Assembly: GCA_023134715.1 (NCBI GenBank)
Contig: JAGLUP010000003.1
Span: forward strand, 2,019 to 66,018
DNA length: 64,000 nucleotides
Origin: Candidatus Parcubacteria bacterium
GTDB lineage: Bacteria > Patescibacteriota > Minisyncoccia > Minisyncoccales > JAGLUP01
Direction of reading: 5' to 3'
The position numbers and the translations under genes were made by a program. The notes under the pieces were generated by a model. It worked only from the letters and a program-made list of their open reading frames with translations, was not told the DNA's origin and did no database searches. This document shows positions 24,564-34,830 of this stretch, in pieces (positions within the stretch are counted from its first letter, which is position 1; every line of letters starts with the position of its first letter).

Positions 24564-26879
24564 ATGCAAGAATATAATCCACAAAAAATAGAGGAAAAAT
24601 GGCAGAAAAGATGGGCAAAGGATAAAATATTTAAAACAAAAGATGGCTCTAAAAATCCAAAATTTTATGTTTTAGATATGTTTCCCTATCCTTCGGGCGC
24701 AGGCCTTCATGTCGGACATCCTAAAGGATATATTGCCACAGACATTGTTTCCAGAATGAAAAGAATGCAGGGCTTTGAGGTTTTACATCCAATGGGCTGG
24801 GACGGTTTTGGCTTGCCGGCTGAAAATTACGCGCTTAAGAATAAAATTCATCCTAAAAGCGCGGTAAAAGAAAATATTAAAAAATTTAAAGCCCAGTTAA
24901 ATAAAATTGGTTTTGATTATGACTGGTCAAGAGAAATAAATACCACGGAGCCAAATTATTATAAATGGACGCAATGGATTTTTTTACAAATGTTTAAAAA
25001 AGGACTGGCTTATGAATCTTATGAGCCGATTAATTGGTGTCCGAGTTGTAAAACAGGTCTTGCAAACGAAGATTTAGAACATGGAAAATGCGAACGATGC
25101 GGAAGTGATATTGAACAAAAGCCAATGAGGCAGTGGGTTTTAAAAATAACAGATTATGCTGAGCGCTTGCTTGAAGATTTAAAACTGCTTGATTGGGAAG
25201 AGCAAATTTTAGAAATGCAGAAAAACTGGATTGGGAAAAGTTGCGGCGCAGATGTTGATTTTAAGATAGATAAGCGCGATGAAATAATAAAAGTTTTTAC
25301 TACTCGTCCTGATACTTTATTTGGCGCGACTTTTATGGTTCTTTCGCCAGAGCATTCATCAGTGGAAGAAATAACAACTAATGTCCAGAAATCTGAAGTA
25401 AAAAAATATCAGGAGCAAGCGCGAAAAAAAAGCGATTTAGAGAGAACTGATTTAGAAAAAGAAAAAACAGGAGTTTTTACCGGAGCGTACGCAATTAATC
25501 CAGTAAATAATGAAAAAATTCCTATTTGGATTGCTGATTATGTTTTAATGTCTTATGGCTATGGCGCGATTATGGCAGTTCCAGCGCACGATGAAAGAGA
25601 TTTTGAATTCGCGAAAAAATTTAAACTTCCTATAGTTCAAATTGATTTAGAAGATAAAGAAAAAATGATTAAATGGCTGGAGAAAAATAAAAATGGCAGG
25701 AGAGCGGTGAATTATAAGCTAAAGGACTGGGTTTTTTCAAGACAAAGATATTGGGGCGAGCCAATTCCAATTATTAAATGCGAAAAGTGCGGAAATGTGG
25801 CAGTACCAGAAAAAGAACTTCCCTTAAAGCTTCCTGAAGTAAAACATTATGAGCCAACTGGAACAGGCGAGTCCCCTCTGGCAAATATTAAAGAATGGGT
25901 TAATACAACCTGTCCAAAGTGCAAAAAACGAGCGAAAAGAGAAACTAACACAATGCCTCAGTGGGCTGGAAGTTGTTGGTATTATTTAAGGTATATTGAC
26001 CCTGAAAACAAGAAAGAATTAGTTGATAAAAATAAGGAAAAATACTGGATGAAACCTAAAGGGGTTGACCTTTATGTCGGAGGCGCGGAGCACGCTACCC
26101 GCCATCTTATTTACGCAAGGTTTTGGCATAAGTTTTTACAGGACATAGGCGTTGTTTCAACTTCAGAGCCGTTTCATAGATTGTTTCATGTTGGTTTGAT
26201 TGCGGCTGAAGATGGTCGGAAAATGAGCAAGCGATGGAATAATGTTATTAACCCTGATGATGTGATTCAAGAATATGGCGCAGATAGCTTGCGGCTTTAT
26301 GAAATGTTTATGGGTGGTTTTTCAGAGGGTACTGCTTGGAATACAAAAGGACTGGTTGGGACAACAAGGTTTTTAAAAAAAGTTTGGCAGATTCAATATA
26401 AGCCTAAAAAGCAAAGTTCTAAATCTGATAGACTGCTTCATCAAACTATAAAAAAGGTTACTGAAGACATTGAGAATTTTAAATTTAATACAGCGATTTC
26501 TCAAATGATGATTTTAACAAATGAAATGGAAAAACAAAAAGAAATTGACATTAATCATTATTTATTATTTCTTATTATTTTAGCGCCTTTTGCTCCGCAT
26601 ATTTCAGAAGAGCTTTGGGAAAGCTTAAAGAATAAAAAAAGTATTTTTTTGGAAAAATGGCCTGAATATAATCCTAAACTTATAAAAGAGGAAACCTTTA
26701 ATTTAATTATTCAAATAAATGGAAAGGTTCGAGATAAAATAGAAGTTGAGGCAGGTATTTCAGAAGAAAAAGCTGAAGAATTGGCCTTGTCTCAAGAAAA
26801 GATTAAAAAATGGCTGGAAAATAAAAAAATCAAAAAAATTATCTCTGTGGAAAACAAATTAGTAAATATTGTAGTATAA
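24564..26879 (+). CDS. leuS: leucine--tRNA ligase
   Basis: 771 aa. [12 protein letters not shown] (HIGH), [32 protein letters not shown] (KMSKS). Confidence 0.95.
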   Translation: MQEYNPQKIEEKWQKRWAKDKIFKTKDGSKNPKFYVLDMFPYPSGAGLHVGHPKGYIATDIVSRMKRMQGFEVLHPMGWDGFGLPAENYALKNKIHPKSAVKENIKKFKAQLNKIGFDYDWSREINTTEPNYYKWTQWIFLQMFKKGLAYESYEPINWCPSCKTGLANEDLEHGKCERCGSDIEQKPMRQWVLKITDYAERLLEDLKLLDWEEQILEMQKNWIGKSCGADVDFKIDKRDEIIKVFTTRPDTLFGATFMVLSPEHSSVEEITTNVQKSEVKKYQEQARKKSDLERTDLEKEKTGVFTGAYAINPVNNEKIPIWIADYVLMSYGYGAIMAVPAHDERDFEFAKKFKLPIVQIDLEDKEKMIKWLEKNKNGRRAVNYKLKDWVFSRQRYWGEPIPIIKCEKCGNVAVPEKELPLKLPEVKHYEPTGTGESPLANIKEWVNTTCPKCKKRAKRETNTMPQWAGSCWYYLRYIDPENKKELVDKNKEKYWMKPKGVDLYVGGAEHATRHLIYARFWHKFLQDIGVVSTSEPFHRLFHVGLIAAEDGRKMSKRWNNVINPDDVIQEYGADSLRLYEMFMGGFSEGTAWNTKGLVGTTRFLKKVWQIQYKPKKQSSKSDRLLHQTIKKVTEDIENFKFNTAISQMMILTNEMEKQKEIDINHYLLFLIILAPFAPHISEELWESLKNKKSIFLEKWPEYNPKLIKEETFNLIIQINGKVRDKIEVEAGISEEKAEELALSQEKIKKWLENKKIKKIISVENKLVNIVV

Positions 26880-26889
26880 TATAAGTATT

Positions 26890-28326
26890 ATGCCTATAGC
26901 GCCAAAAAGATATTTAGTCAAAACCGGAATAGGGGTTTCTCAAAAAAACGATTTAGTTGAAGCGGCAAGAGAGGCAGCCCAGAAAGCAAAACAAGAAATG
27001 AAAGGAAAAAAGCCAGGACTTTTAATGTTTTATTGTGTTTACACCTATCAGGGTGATTATGAAAAAGCGTTGAAAGTAATAAGAGATGAGTTTGGAGATG
27101 AAACTATCCCCTTGGTTGGAGGACAAGTTTTAGGATTTTTCGCCAAAGATAAATATTATTTTGATATAGAGGCTTTGAGCAAAATAGCAGCGAAAATAAC
27201 CAAACCGTTGGGAAAAATAATAAAGCCCTTAAGATTTTCTGGTCTTTGTGTGATTGCTTTACAATCTCCATTTTTACAATTTGGCACAGGAATAGGATTT
27301 GAGACAAATAAAGAGCCAGTTAAAGCAGGAAAAAATTGTGTTGAAATGGCTTTAAAAAATCTTCCTTATTCAACAATGACCGCTTACATGGGTTTAATGA
27401 GAAAAGGACCTCAAGAAATAAGGAAAATAAGGCCTTTAAATGGAATAATTCTTACTCCAGGAGGATTTGGTTCAAGAGATGGGTTTTTTCGGGGATATTT
27501 GGATAATCAAATTCTTGAAGGAATAACATCGTATAGCAAGGAATGGGTGAAATTTACAGGAGGCGGCTTAGGAGGAAAGTTTGTTTTAGTAGAGAAAGGA
27601 GGGGTGATTGAAGATCCTTATATTTTTTTTAATAATAAAGTTTACCAAAATGCGGTAATATCTATTGTTTTTAGTTCTGATTTAGAGGTTGGTTATGGTA
27701 CTGATACTGGAGCAGAGTTTGTAACGTCAATAGGAGTTGTTACTAAAACTCAAGGATGGGAAATTGAAGAGATAAATCAAAAACCGGCCTTAGATGTTTT
27801 CGCAGAAATATTTGAAAAACATACAGGAGCAAAAAAAGAAGAGCTGCTTACTGATTTTATGAATGTTCTTTATAAAAGGGGATATTATTTAGGTCTTTCT
27901 GAGCCAAATACAGATTTTTTCTGGCCCCTTAGCATTTCTCAAATTTTAAATAAAAAATTACTAACCCTTGGTCCAGTTAAGGTGGGGACAGGTTTGAGTT
28001 TGGTAAAGATAAGCAAAGAATCGGCTCAGACAGCGGCAAGAGATGCTGCTAAAATGATGCAGGAAAGCGCAAAAGAAGAGTTTTTCCATTTTGTTATGTT
28101 TTTCTCCTGCGCAGCCAGGGGATGGGTTTTGGGGCCTAAATATATGAAAGAGATGCAAATAATTAAAAATATTCTTGGCCAAAAAGATATTCCTATTTTT
28201 GGAATTTGTTCATCCGGAGAAATTGCCTTTTTTAAAACAGGATTGGCTAGAGGTTCAAATGCTACTATTAATATGCTGGGAGTAAGCGACCGATTTTTAA
28301 TGGCAAGGTATCCAGAAGAGGAATAA
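26890..28326 (+). CDS. FIST-domain (FIST_N + FIST_C) sensor-like protein
   Basis: 478 aa. Overall pattern, with C-terminal FFSCAARG...PIFGICSSGEI resembling FIST_C. Confidence 0.5.
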   Translation: MPIAPKRYLVKTGIGVSQKNDLVEAAREAAQKAKQEMKGKKPGLLMFYCVYTYQGDYEKALKVIRDEFGDETIPLVGGQVLGFFAKDKYYFDIEALSKIAAKITKPLGKIIKPLRFSGLCVIALQSPFLQFGTGIGFETNKEPVKAGKNCVEMALKNLPYSTMTAYMGLMRKGPQEIRKIRPLNGIILTPGGFGSRDGFFRGYLDNQILEGITSYSKEWVKFTGGGLGGKFVLVEKGGVIEDPYIFFNNKVYQNAVISIVFSSDLEVGYGTDTGAEFVTSIGVVTKTQGWEIEEINQKPALDVFAEIFEKHTGAKKEELLTDFMNVLYKRGYYLGLSEPNTDFFWPLSISQILNKKLLTLGPVKVGTGLSLVKISKESAQTAARDAAKMMQESAKEEFFHFVMFFSCAARGWVLGPKYMKEMQIIKNILGQKDIPIFGICSSGEIAFFKTGLARGSNATINMLGVSDRFLMARYPEEE

Positions 28327-28407
28327 AAATTATAAATTCACAGAAAATAAAATGCGTCTCTTCTTGAGGCGCTTTGTAATTTTTAAAAATAGTGTTAAAT
28401 TAAAAAT

Positions 28408-30417
28408 ATGAAATTAGTAATAGTGGAGAGTCCTACTAAATCTAAAACAATATCAAAGTTTTTAGGACCTGATTATCAGGTTTTGTCTTCTTATGGGCAT
28501 ATCCGCGATTTGCCTAAAGGAGAGTTGGGAATTGATGTTGAGCAAGATTTTAAGCCAAAATATGTTATTCCAACTAAATCAAGAAAAGCAGTAGGACTTT
28601 TAAAAAAAGCTGCTAAAGACAAGGAATTGATTATTTTAGCTACAGATGAAGACAGGGAGGGCGAAGCAATCGCTTATCACCTAGCGAACATTTTAGATTT
28701 AAAAGAGGAAAAATCTTATCAAAGAATTGTATTCCACGAAATTACTAAATCAGCGATTGAGCAAGCATTAAAAAATCCTAGAAAAATTAATAAGAATTTA
28801 TTTGACGCTCAGCAAGCCCGACGGATATTAGATCGGCTTGTTGGCTATAAGCTTTCTCCGTTTTTATGGAAAAAAGTAATGAGAGGGCTTTCTGCCGGAA
28901 GAGTGCAGTCAGTGGCTGTGAGATTAGTTTGCGAAAGAGAAAAAGAAATTAAAGATTTTATAGCTCAAGAATACTGGAGTGTCGTTGCTTTGCTTTTCAA
29001 GAATAAAAAATTTGAAACATTGTTGGTTAAAAAAGATAATAAGGTTATTGCTAAATTAGGGATTGAGTCAAAAAAAGAAGCAGATGAAATTTTAAAGGAT
29101 TTAGATGGAGCTGAATACCAGATTATTAAGATAGAGAAGAAGCAAGTTAAAAGAAATCCTTTGCCGCCTTTTATAACAAGCACTTTGCAACGAGAAGCAT
29201 GGGCAAGGTTTCATTGGTCAGCTAAATTTACAATGCGAGTGGCGCAGAATTTATATGAGAAAGGATTTATAACTTATCACAGAACTGATTCTTTAAACCT
29301 TAGCGATTTATCTCTTTTTGCGGCTAAAAAGTTTGTAATAACAAATTATGGCAAGAATTATTGGTCTGGATTTTTAAGAAAATTTAAAACAAAAACAAAA
29401 GGCGCGCAGGAGGCCCATGAAGCCATAAGACCATCCTATCCAGAAAAAACTCCCGAGCTATTGAAAGCTAAATTAGATGATAATCAATTTCGTCTTTACG
29501 ATTTAATTTGGCGCAGATTTATTTCATCGCAAATGAGCCAGGCTATTTTTGATTCTACGAAAATTGATATAAAAGCCAAAAATTATGTTTTTAGAGCAAG
29601 CGGACAAACCTTAAAATTTGATGGATTTTTGAAGGTTTATCCTATTAAATATAAAGAAAATGAATTTCCTGTTTTAGATGAAAAAGAAATTTTAAAGCTT
29701 ATAAAATTAATCCCTGCGCAGCATTTTACTCAACCGCCTCCAAGATATACTGAAGCAAGTTTAATTAAAATTTTAGAAGAAAACGGAATTGGCCGTCCTT
29801 CCACTTACGCTCCTGTTATTTCTGTGATTCAAGCAAGAAATTATATTGAGAAAAATGAAGACAAAAGGTTTAAACCCACAGAGATTGGAATGAAAGTAAA
29901 TAATGTTTTAATAAAACATTTTTCCAAGATTGTAGATGTTAAATTTACAGCTCAAATGGAACAAGATTTAGATAAGATTGCCCAAGGAGAAGAAAAATGG
30001 AGCTCTACTGTAAAAGAATTTTATGAGCCGTTTGAAAAAATTTTAGAACAGAAATATAAAGAGGTTCCAGACAAAAAAACGATTCTTGAAGAAACAGACA
30101 AGAAATGTCCAAAATGTAAAGCCAATCTTGTTATTCGTTTAGGAAGATTTGGCAAGTTTTACGCTTGTTCTGATTTTCCAAAGTGTAAACATACCGAGCC
30201 ATTAGAGCAATCAACATTAGGGATTAAATGTCCGGAATGCCAAAAAGGCGAAATTAGAGAAAAAAGAACCAGAAAAGGAAAAATATTTTATAGCTGTTCA
30301 AGCTGGCCTAAGTGTGATTTTGCTTTATGGGACAAACCGACCGGCGAAATTTGCGCTAAGTGCGGTTCTTTAATAGTAGAAACAAAAAAAGGCGAGAAAT
30401 GCGTTAAGTGTAAATGA
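28408..30417 (+). CDS. topA: DNA topoisomerase I with C-terminal zinc ribbons
   Basis: 669 aa. Toprim start MKLVIVESPTK, DEDREGEAI, active-site region YHRTDS, three CxxC...CxxC fingers. Confidence 0.95.
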   Translation: MKLVIVESPTKSKTISKFLGPDYQVLSSYGHIRDLPKGELGIDVEQDFKPKYVIPTKSRKAVGLLKKAAKDKELIILATDEDREGEAIAYHLANILDLKEEKSYQRIVFHEITKSAIEQALKNPRKINKNLFDAQQARRILDRLVGYKLSPFLWKKVMRGLSAGRVQSVAVRLVCEREKEIKDFIAQEYWSVVALLFKNKKFETLLVKKDNKVIAKLGIESKKEADEILKDLDGAEYQIIKIEKKQVKRNPLPPFITSTLQREAWARFHWSAKFTMRVAQNLYEKGFITYHRTDSLNLSDLSLFAAKKFVITNYGKNYWSGFLRKFKTKTKGAQEAHEAIRPSYPEKTPELLKAKLDDNQFRLYDLIWRRFISSQMSQAIFDSTKIDIKAKNYVFRASGQTLKFDGFLKVYPIKYKENEFPVLDEKEILKLIKLIPAQHFTQPPPRYTEASLIKILEENGIGRPSTYAPVISVIQARNYIEKNEDKRFKPTEIGMKVNNVLIKHFSKIVDVKFTAQMEQDLDKIAQGEEKWSSTVKEFYEPFEKILEQKYKEVPDKKTILEETDKKCPKCKANLVIRLGRFGKFYACSDFPKCKHTEPLEQSTLGIKCPECQKGEIREKRTRKGKIFYSCSSWPKCDFALWDKPTGEICAKCGSLIVETKKGEKCVKCK

Positions 30418-32195
30418 TCATGACAATAGATACTCTTCTTAAAAAAATAAAAACTTATAATCCTGATGCAGATTTTGAATTGATAAAAAAAGCTTATGAC
30501 TTTGCAAAGAAAGCTCATCAAGGACAGAAAAGAGAATCAGGCGAAGATTATATCCAGCATCTTTTGCGTACTGCTTGTTGTTTAGCAGAGATGAAATTAA
30601 GCGCCAACACTATTGCCGCAGGATTGCTTCATGATACAGTAGAAGATACTGAAATTACCAATAAAGATATTCAAAAAGAATTTGGCAAAGAAATTGCTTT
30701 TTTAGTTGAGGGCATAAGTAAATTAGGAAAGATTAAATATCATGGAGTTCAGCGGCATGTAGAGAATTTAAGAAAAATATTTTTAGCTATGGCGAAAGAT
30801 ATCAGGGTGGTGCTGATAAAATTTTGCGACCGACTTCATAATTTAGAAACTTTGAATTATTTGCCGCCAGAAAAGCAAAAAAGAATTGCCATGGAAACAT
30901 TAGAGATTTATGCTCCTTTATGTTATAGATTAGGGATGGGAGGATTAAAGGGTCGGCTGGAAGATGTTTCTTTTCCTTATGTTTATCCAAAAGAATATCA
31001 AGAACTATTAAATCAAGTTAAAGAACAATATGAAGAACGAGAAAAATATTTAAAAAAAGTAAATTCGGTTGTTGAAAAAAAGTTGAGAAAAGCAGGTGTA
31101 AGGGTAATAGAAATTCATTCCCGGAGTAAACGTTATTATAGTTTATACAAAAAACTTCAACGTTATGACAATGATTTAAGTAAAATTTATGATTTAGTCG
31201 CTTTAAGGATAATTGTTAAAGATGTTAAGGATTGTTATCGGACATTAGGCATTATCCATAAGCTTTGGAAGCCGTTGCCCGGACGGATTAAGGATTATAT
31301 TGCTATGCCAAAGCTTAATACTTATCGCTCTCTGCATACTACTGTTTTTTGTTTAGGAGGTAAGATTATTGAATTTCAGATTAGGACTCCTAAAATGCAC
31401 AAAGAAGCTGAATTTGGAATTGCCGCTCATTGGTATTATTCAGAACAAAGAGGACTTGCGTCCCGCATTAAGAAATTAATTACTAAAGCTCCGGAAAAAA
31501 AGCTGCAATGGGTGAAACAGCTTCAAGAATGGCAGGAAGAAGCTAAAGATTTTTCTCCTGATGAGTACCTAAAATCATTGAAAATTGATTTTTTTAAGAA
31601 TAGAATTTTTGTTTTTACGCCAAGAGGCGATGTTATTGATTTGCCTGATGGCGCGACTGCGGTTGACTTTGCTTACGCCGTTCACACTGAAGTTGGGAAC
31701 CAATGTGCTGGCGCCAAAATAAACGAAAAAATGGTTTCCTTGTCTCAACCTTTAAAAAATGAGGATGTGGTAGAAATCATTATAGATAAAAAAAGAATCC
31801 CTTCTCAGGACTGGCTTAAATTTGTTAAGACAAATATGGCTCGTTCTCGGATTAAAAATTGGTTTAAAAGAGAATCTCAATCTAGTCGCTTAATTAAAGG
31901 AAAGCAGATATTGGGCAAGGCCATTCAAGATATTAAGATTAAAGAAAAAAAAGTTATTAAATCATTGAAAATTTCTTTGAAGCCCAAGAAAAAGCCAAAA
32001 GTTTTTATTGCTGGAAAAACAGGTTATTTAATAAATTTGGCTAAATGCTGCGACCCAAAACCTGGTGATAAAATTCAAGCGTATATTACAAAAGACCAGG
32101 GAGCTTCGGTTCATAAGATTGATTGCGCGAGATTAAAGCAAGCTCAAAAAAAATGGCCTCAAAAAATAATACAGGCGTCTTGGAAAAAACAATAA
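30414..32195 (+). CDS. rel: RelA/SpoT-family (p)ppGpp synthetase/hydrolase
   Basis: 593 aa. HD domain (HLLRTA...GLLHDTVEDT), synthetase region (YRSLHTTV, EFQIRT) and a TGS-like region. Confidence 0.9.
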   Translation: MIMTIDTLLKKIKTYNPDADFELIKKAYDFAKKAHQGQKRESGEDYIQHLLRTACCLAEMKLSANTIAAGLLHDTVEDTEITNKDIQKEFGKEIAFLVEGISKLGKIKYHGVQRHVENLRKIFLAMAKDIRVVLIKFCDRLHNLETLNYLPPEKQKRIAMETLEIYAPLCYRLGMGGLKGRLEDVSFPYVYPKEYQELLNQVKEQYEEREKYLKKVNSVVEKKLRKAGVRVIEIHSRSKRYYSLYKKLQRYDNDLSKIYDLVALRIIVKDVKDCYRTLGIIHKLWKPLPGRIKDYIAMPKLNTYRSLHTTVFCLGGKIIEFQIRTPKMHKEAEFGIAAHWYYSEQRGLASRIKKLITKAPEKKLQWVKQLQEWQEEAKDFSPDEYLKSLKIDFFKNRIFVFTPRGDVIDLPDGATAVDFAYAVHTEVGNQCAGAKINEKMVSLSQPLKNEDVVEIIIDKKRIPSQDWLKFVKTNMARSRIKNWFKRESQSSRLIKGKQILGKAIQDIKIKEKKVIKSLKISLKPKKKPKVFIAGKTGYLINLAKCCDPKPGDKIQAYITKDQGASVHKIDCARLKQAQKKWPQKIIQASWKKQ

Positions 32196-32217
32196 TTTTT
32201 GCTATATTGAACTGTAA

Positions 32218-32301
32218 GCCGAGGTGGTGAAATTGGTAAACACGATGGATTCAAAATCCATTGCTCGCAAGGGCTTGTGGGTTCAAGTCCCACCCTCGGC
32301 A
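32218..32301 (+). tRNA. tRNA-Leu (anticodon CAA)
   Basis: 84 nt. Acceptor GCCGAGG/CCTCGGC, anticodon stem ATGGA/TCCAT, loop TTCAAAA, long variable arm. Confidence 0.85.
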
Positions 32302-32310
32302 CAAATAAAA

Positions 32311-32337
32311 AATGGTCTAAGACGGGCTTAGACCATT
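32311..32337. terminator. bidirectional terminator hairpin between tRNA-Leu and the convergent kinase gene
   Basis: AATGGTCTAAG-ACGGG-CTTAGACCATT flanked by an A-run and a T-run. Confidence 0.7.
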
Positions 32338-33273
32338 TTATTGTTTTGGGATTTGTTCAATGGCTAATTTTACTGCTCCGGCGACTGGTTTATTTTTTGG
32401 ACGAATGAATTCTGCTTTTGGAGCAGTTTTTTTGACCTCTTTTTTTACCGTATCAAGAAGGATTTTTGATTTAAACATACTGCCGACTAAAACCAAAGGA
32501 AAAGATTGTTTTTGAAAGTTTAATTTTTTTATAACTGTATTTACCGCTAATGCCAATTCTTGCCCTGCTTGTTTTAAAATATTGCAGGCAATTTTATCTT
32601 TTTTTATAGCGGCTTCATCTGTAAAAATTGTGAGCAGGGGAATGCTTTTTGTTGGATTTGAATATATTTTTTTGACAAAGCTTTCTTTATTTTTAATTTT
32701 CAATTTTCGGAAGACCAATTTTGTAATTAGGGTTTTTGCTCCTCGTCCGCCCAGGTCTTTTAAGATCGCTTGATAAGTTTTTTGACCTGCCCAAAAAGCT
32801 GAACCTTCGTCGCCTAAATAACCCCAACCGCTTATTTTAGATTGTTTTTTGCCTCGCCATCCATGAGCAACACAACCGGTGCCGGCAATCAAAACAATGC
32901 CGTTTTTTTTATCAGTGCCTGACTTAAAAGCAATGATTTGGTCGCTTGCAACGCTTATTTTATTTTGAGAAATTTTTAAAATAGAGCCAAGTTTTGCTTT
33001 AATTTTTTTCTTTTTGAATTTATATTCTTCTTCAATCGCAGGCAGAGCAACAAAAATAGATATAATTTTATCTTTTTTAGTGTCTTTTATAACTTTTTTA
33101 ATTCCTTGAGCAAGATTAAGAACCGATTTTTCTACTCCTATGTTTCTGGGATTAGATGGACCTGTTTTTGCTTTTTTTAAAATTTTTCCTTGCAAATCAG
33201 CTAAAACAGCAAGGGTTTTTGTTCCTCCGCCATCAACGCCAATAATGTATTTTTTTGGGTTTTTATTTTTCAT
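32338..33273 (-). CDS. BadF/BadG/BcrA/BcrD-type ATPase, N-acetylglucosamine kinase-like
   Basis: 311 aa. IIGVDGGGTKT, LIAGTGCVAHG motifs. Confidence 0.7.
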   Translation of the reverse strand: MKNKNPKKYIIGVDGGGTKTLAVLADLQGKILKKAKTGPSNPRNIGVEKSVLNLAQGIKKVIKDTKKDKIISIFVALPAIEEEYKFKKKKIKAKLGSILKISQNKISVASDQIIAFKSGTDKKNGIVLIAGTGCVAHGWRGKKQSKISGWGYLGDEGSAFWAGQKTYQAILKDLGGRGAKTLITKLVFRKLKIKNKESFVKKIYSNPTKSIPLLTIFTDEAAIKKDKIACNILKQAGQELALAVNTVIKKLNFQKQSFPLVLVGSMFKSKILLDTVKKEVKKTAPKAEFIRPKNKPVAGAVKLAIEQIPKQ

Positions 33274-34688
33274 TTTATATTAGAAATTTTGAATTTCATA
33301 TTTTTTTTATTTCGTGTTTTAGTTGAATAATATTGAGTTAATTTTTTCGCCTTATTTAAGGAGCTTAGCTCCCGGAGCTTAGCTCCTTGGTAATTACGGA
33401 TTAAGGCTAGAGGACCGGGATAATCTTTCATTTCAATTAAAATATCGTGGGGTTTTGCGAGTTTTTTGATTTTTTTATTTTCTTCATTATTTCGCCCAAC
33501 GATAATTTTTACCCAAATTTTTTCGCGTAGTTTTGCGTTTCTGGTTTTGTGTCTGTTTTGCGGTTTTAACCAGAAATGCCGTCCTACTTTTAGTAATTCA
33601 ATATCATTACCCTGACATTGAGGATAAATTTTCAACAATTTTTTAAATCGTTTGCTAAATTCCGGGTCAGTCAAGAGACAGCCGCCAGAAGGAGATGGGT
33701 ATTGTTTGACTTTGAATTTTTTAGCCAAAGCAATTTGTTTTTTTCTTGAACGACCGGAGATATTAAAAGGTTTGGCAGAGAGCGGTCTTATCAGTAACCC
33801 TTCAAGAGATGATTTTTTTTCAGTGAATTCAAGAGATTTTTTGTTTTGCGTCATTGGCCTTTGCCCTAAAACTTCACCTGTGGCAATAAATCCATATTTT
33901 TCTTTTTCCATTATTTCCTTGGCTTTTTTTAACATTAGAATGCGGCAGTCAAGGCATGGGTTCATTTCTTTTCCATAACCATATTCTGGCGATTTCATTA
34001 CTTTTAAATGTTCTTTAGAAATATCAATTATTTTTAATTTAATTCCTAAATTTTTTGCCGATTTTTTCGCTTCTTTAGCGCCAAAAAAATAACTTTTAAA
34101 AGTTATCCCTGTTATTTTTATTCCCTGTTTTTGTAGAATTTTTGCGACTAAAATAGAATCCAGCCCTCCAGAGAACAAGACAAGAGCCGTAGAAGATTTT
34201 ATGAAATAAATTTTTCGCAAGATAGCTTCAAATTCTTTTAAATTTTTTACGCAATAATCAATTTTTTTATTGTTTGGTTTTTGGAAATATCTTCCTTCGC
34301 CTCGGTTCATTCTTATAGTTATTAAATTAGGAAAGAATTTTTTGGTTTCAAGCAGAGCTTGAGGATTGTCATCAATAAATATAGCTGTCTCTTGTTTCTT
34401 GAGAATTTTTTTCATTCCCTCCATCTTTGCAATATTTGGAGTGACAACTATTTTTTTAAAATAATGAGCTATTTTTGAATTTTGAATTTTCTTTTTTTGG
34501 AATTTTTCTTCTCCGAAAGATAAAATAAAAAGTTCAAAATTTTTCTTTACCTTTCTTAGAAGAGGAATAACATCAGGATATAAAAATTGGCAAGATTGAT
34601 TTAGCCCTTTTTCTAAATTTTTTTTTATAACTTTGCGGAATTTTTCTGTTTCAAATAGAGTATGGTCAAAATCAAAAATAATTTTCAT
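33270..34688 (-). CDS. fusion of HAD-like hydrolase domain and PP-loop ATPase (ThiI/MnmA-like tRNA thiolation family)
   Basis: 472 aa. DFDHTLF (HAD motif I), LFSGGLDS (PP-loop), NPCLDCR, TGEVLGQRPMTQ. Confidence 0.65.
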   Translation of the reverse strand: MKIIFDFDHTLFETEKFRKVIKKNLEKGLNQSCQFLYPDVIPLLRKVKKNFELFILSFGEEKFQKKKIQNSKIAHYFKKIVVTPNIAKMEGMKKILKKQETAIFIDDNPQALLETKKFFPNLITIRMNRGEGRYFQKPNNKKIDYCVKNLKEFEAILRKIYFIKSSTALVLFSGGLDSILVAKILQKQGIKITGITFKSYFFGAKEAKKSAKNLGIKLKIIDISKEHLKVMKSPEYGYGKEMNPCLDCRILMLKKAKEIMEKEKYGFIATGEVLGQRPMTQNKKSLEFTEKKSSLEGLLIRPLSAKPFNISGRSRKKQIALAKKFKVKQYPSPSGGCLLTDPEFSKRFKKLLKIYPQCQGNDIELLKVGRHFWLKPQNRHKTRNAKLREKIWVKIIVGRNNEENKKIKKLAKPHDILIEMKDYPGPLALIRNYQGAKLRELSSLNKAKKLTQYYSTKTRNKKNMKFKISNIK

Positions 34689-34721
34689 TTTTTAAATTTA
34701 TAGATAAAAAACGCAGAAAAT

Positions 34722-34792
34722 AAATTTTGAAATCGTAGGTGTGGGCGAGCGCCCGAGCGAAGCGAGGGTAGGGATAAACGATTTCAAAATTT
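34722..34792. other. 15-bp perfect AT-rich stem enclosing a 41-nt GC-rich loop (unknown element or small RNA)
   Basis: AAATTTTGAAATCGT (34722..34736) pairs with ACGATTTCAAAATTT (34778..34792). Loop is aggtgtgggcgagcgcccgagcgaagcgagggtagggataa. Confidence 0.5.
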
Positions 34793-34830
34793 CGTTTTCA
34801 AAGTTTTGGCGATTTAGAATCTACGCGCGT

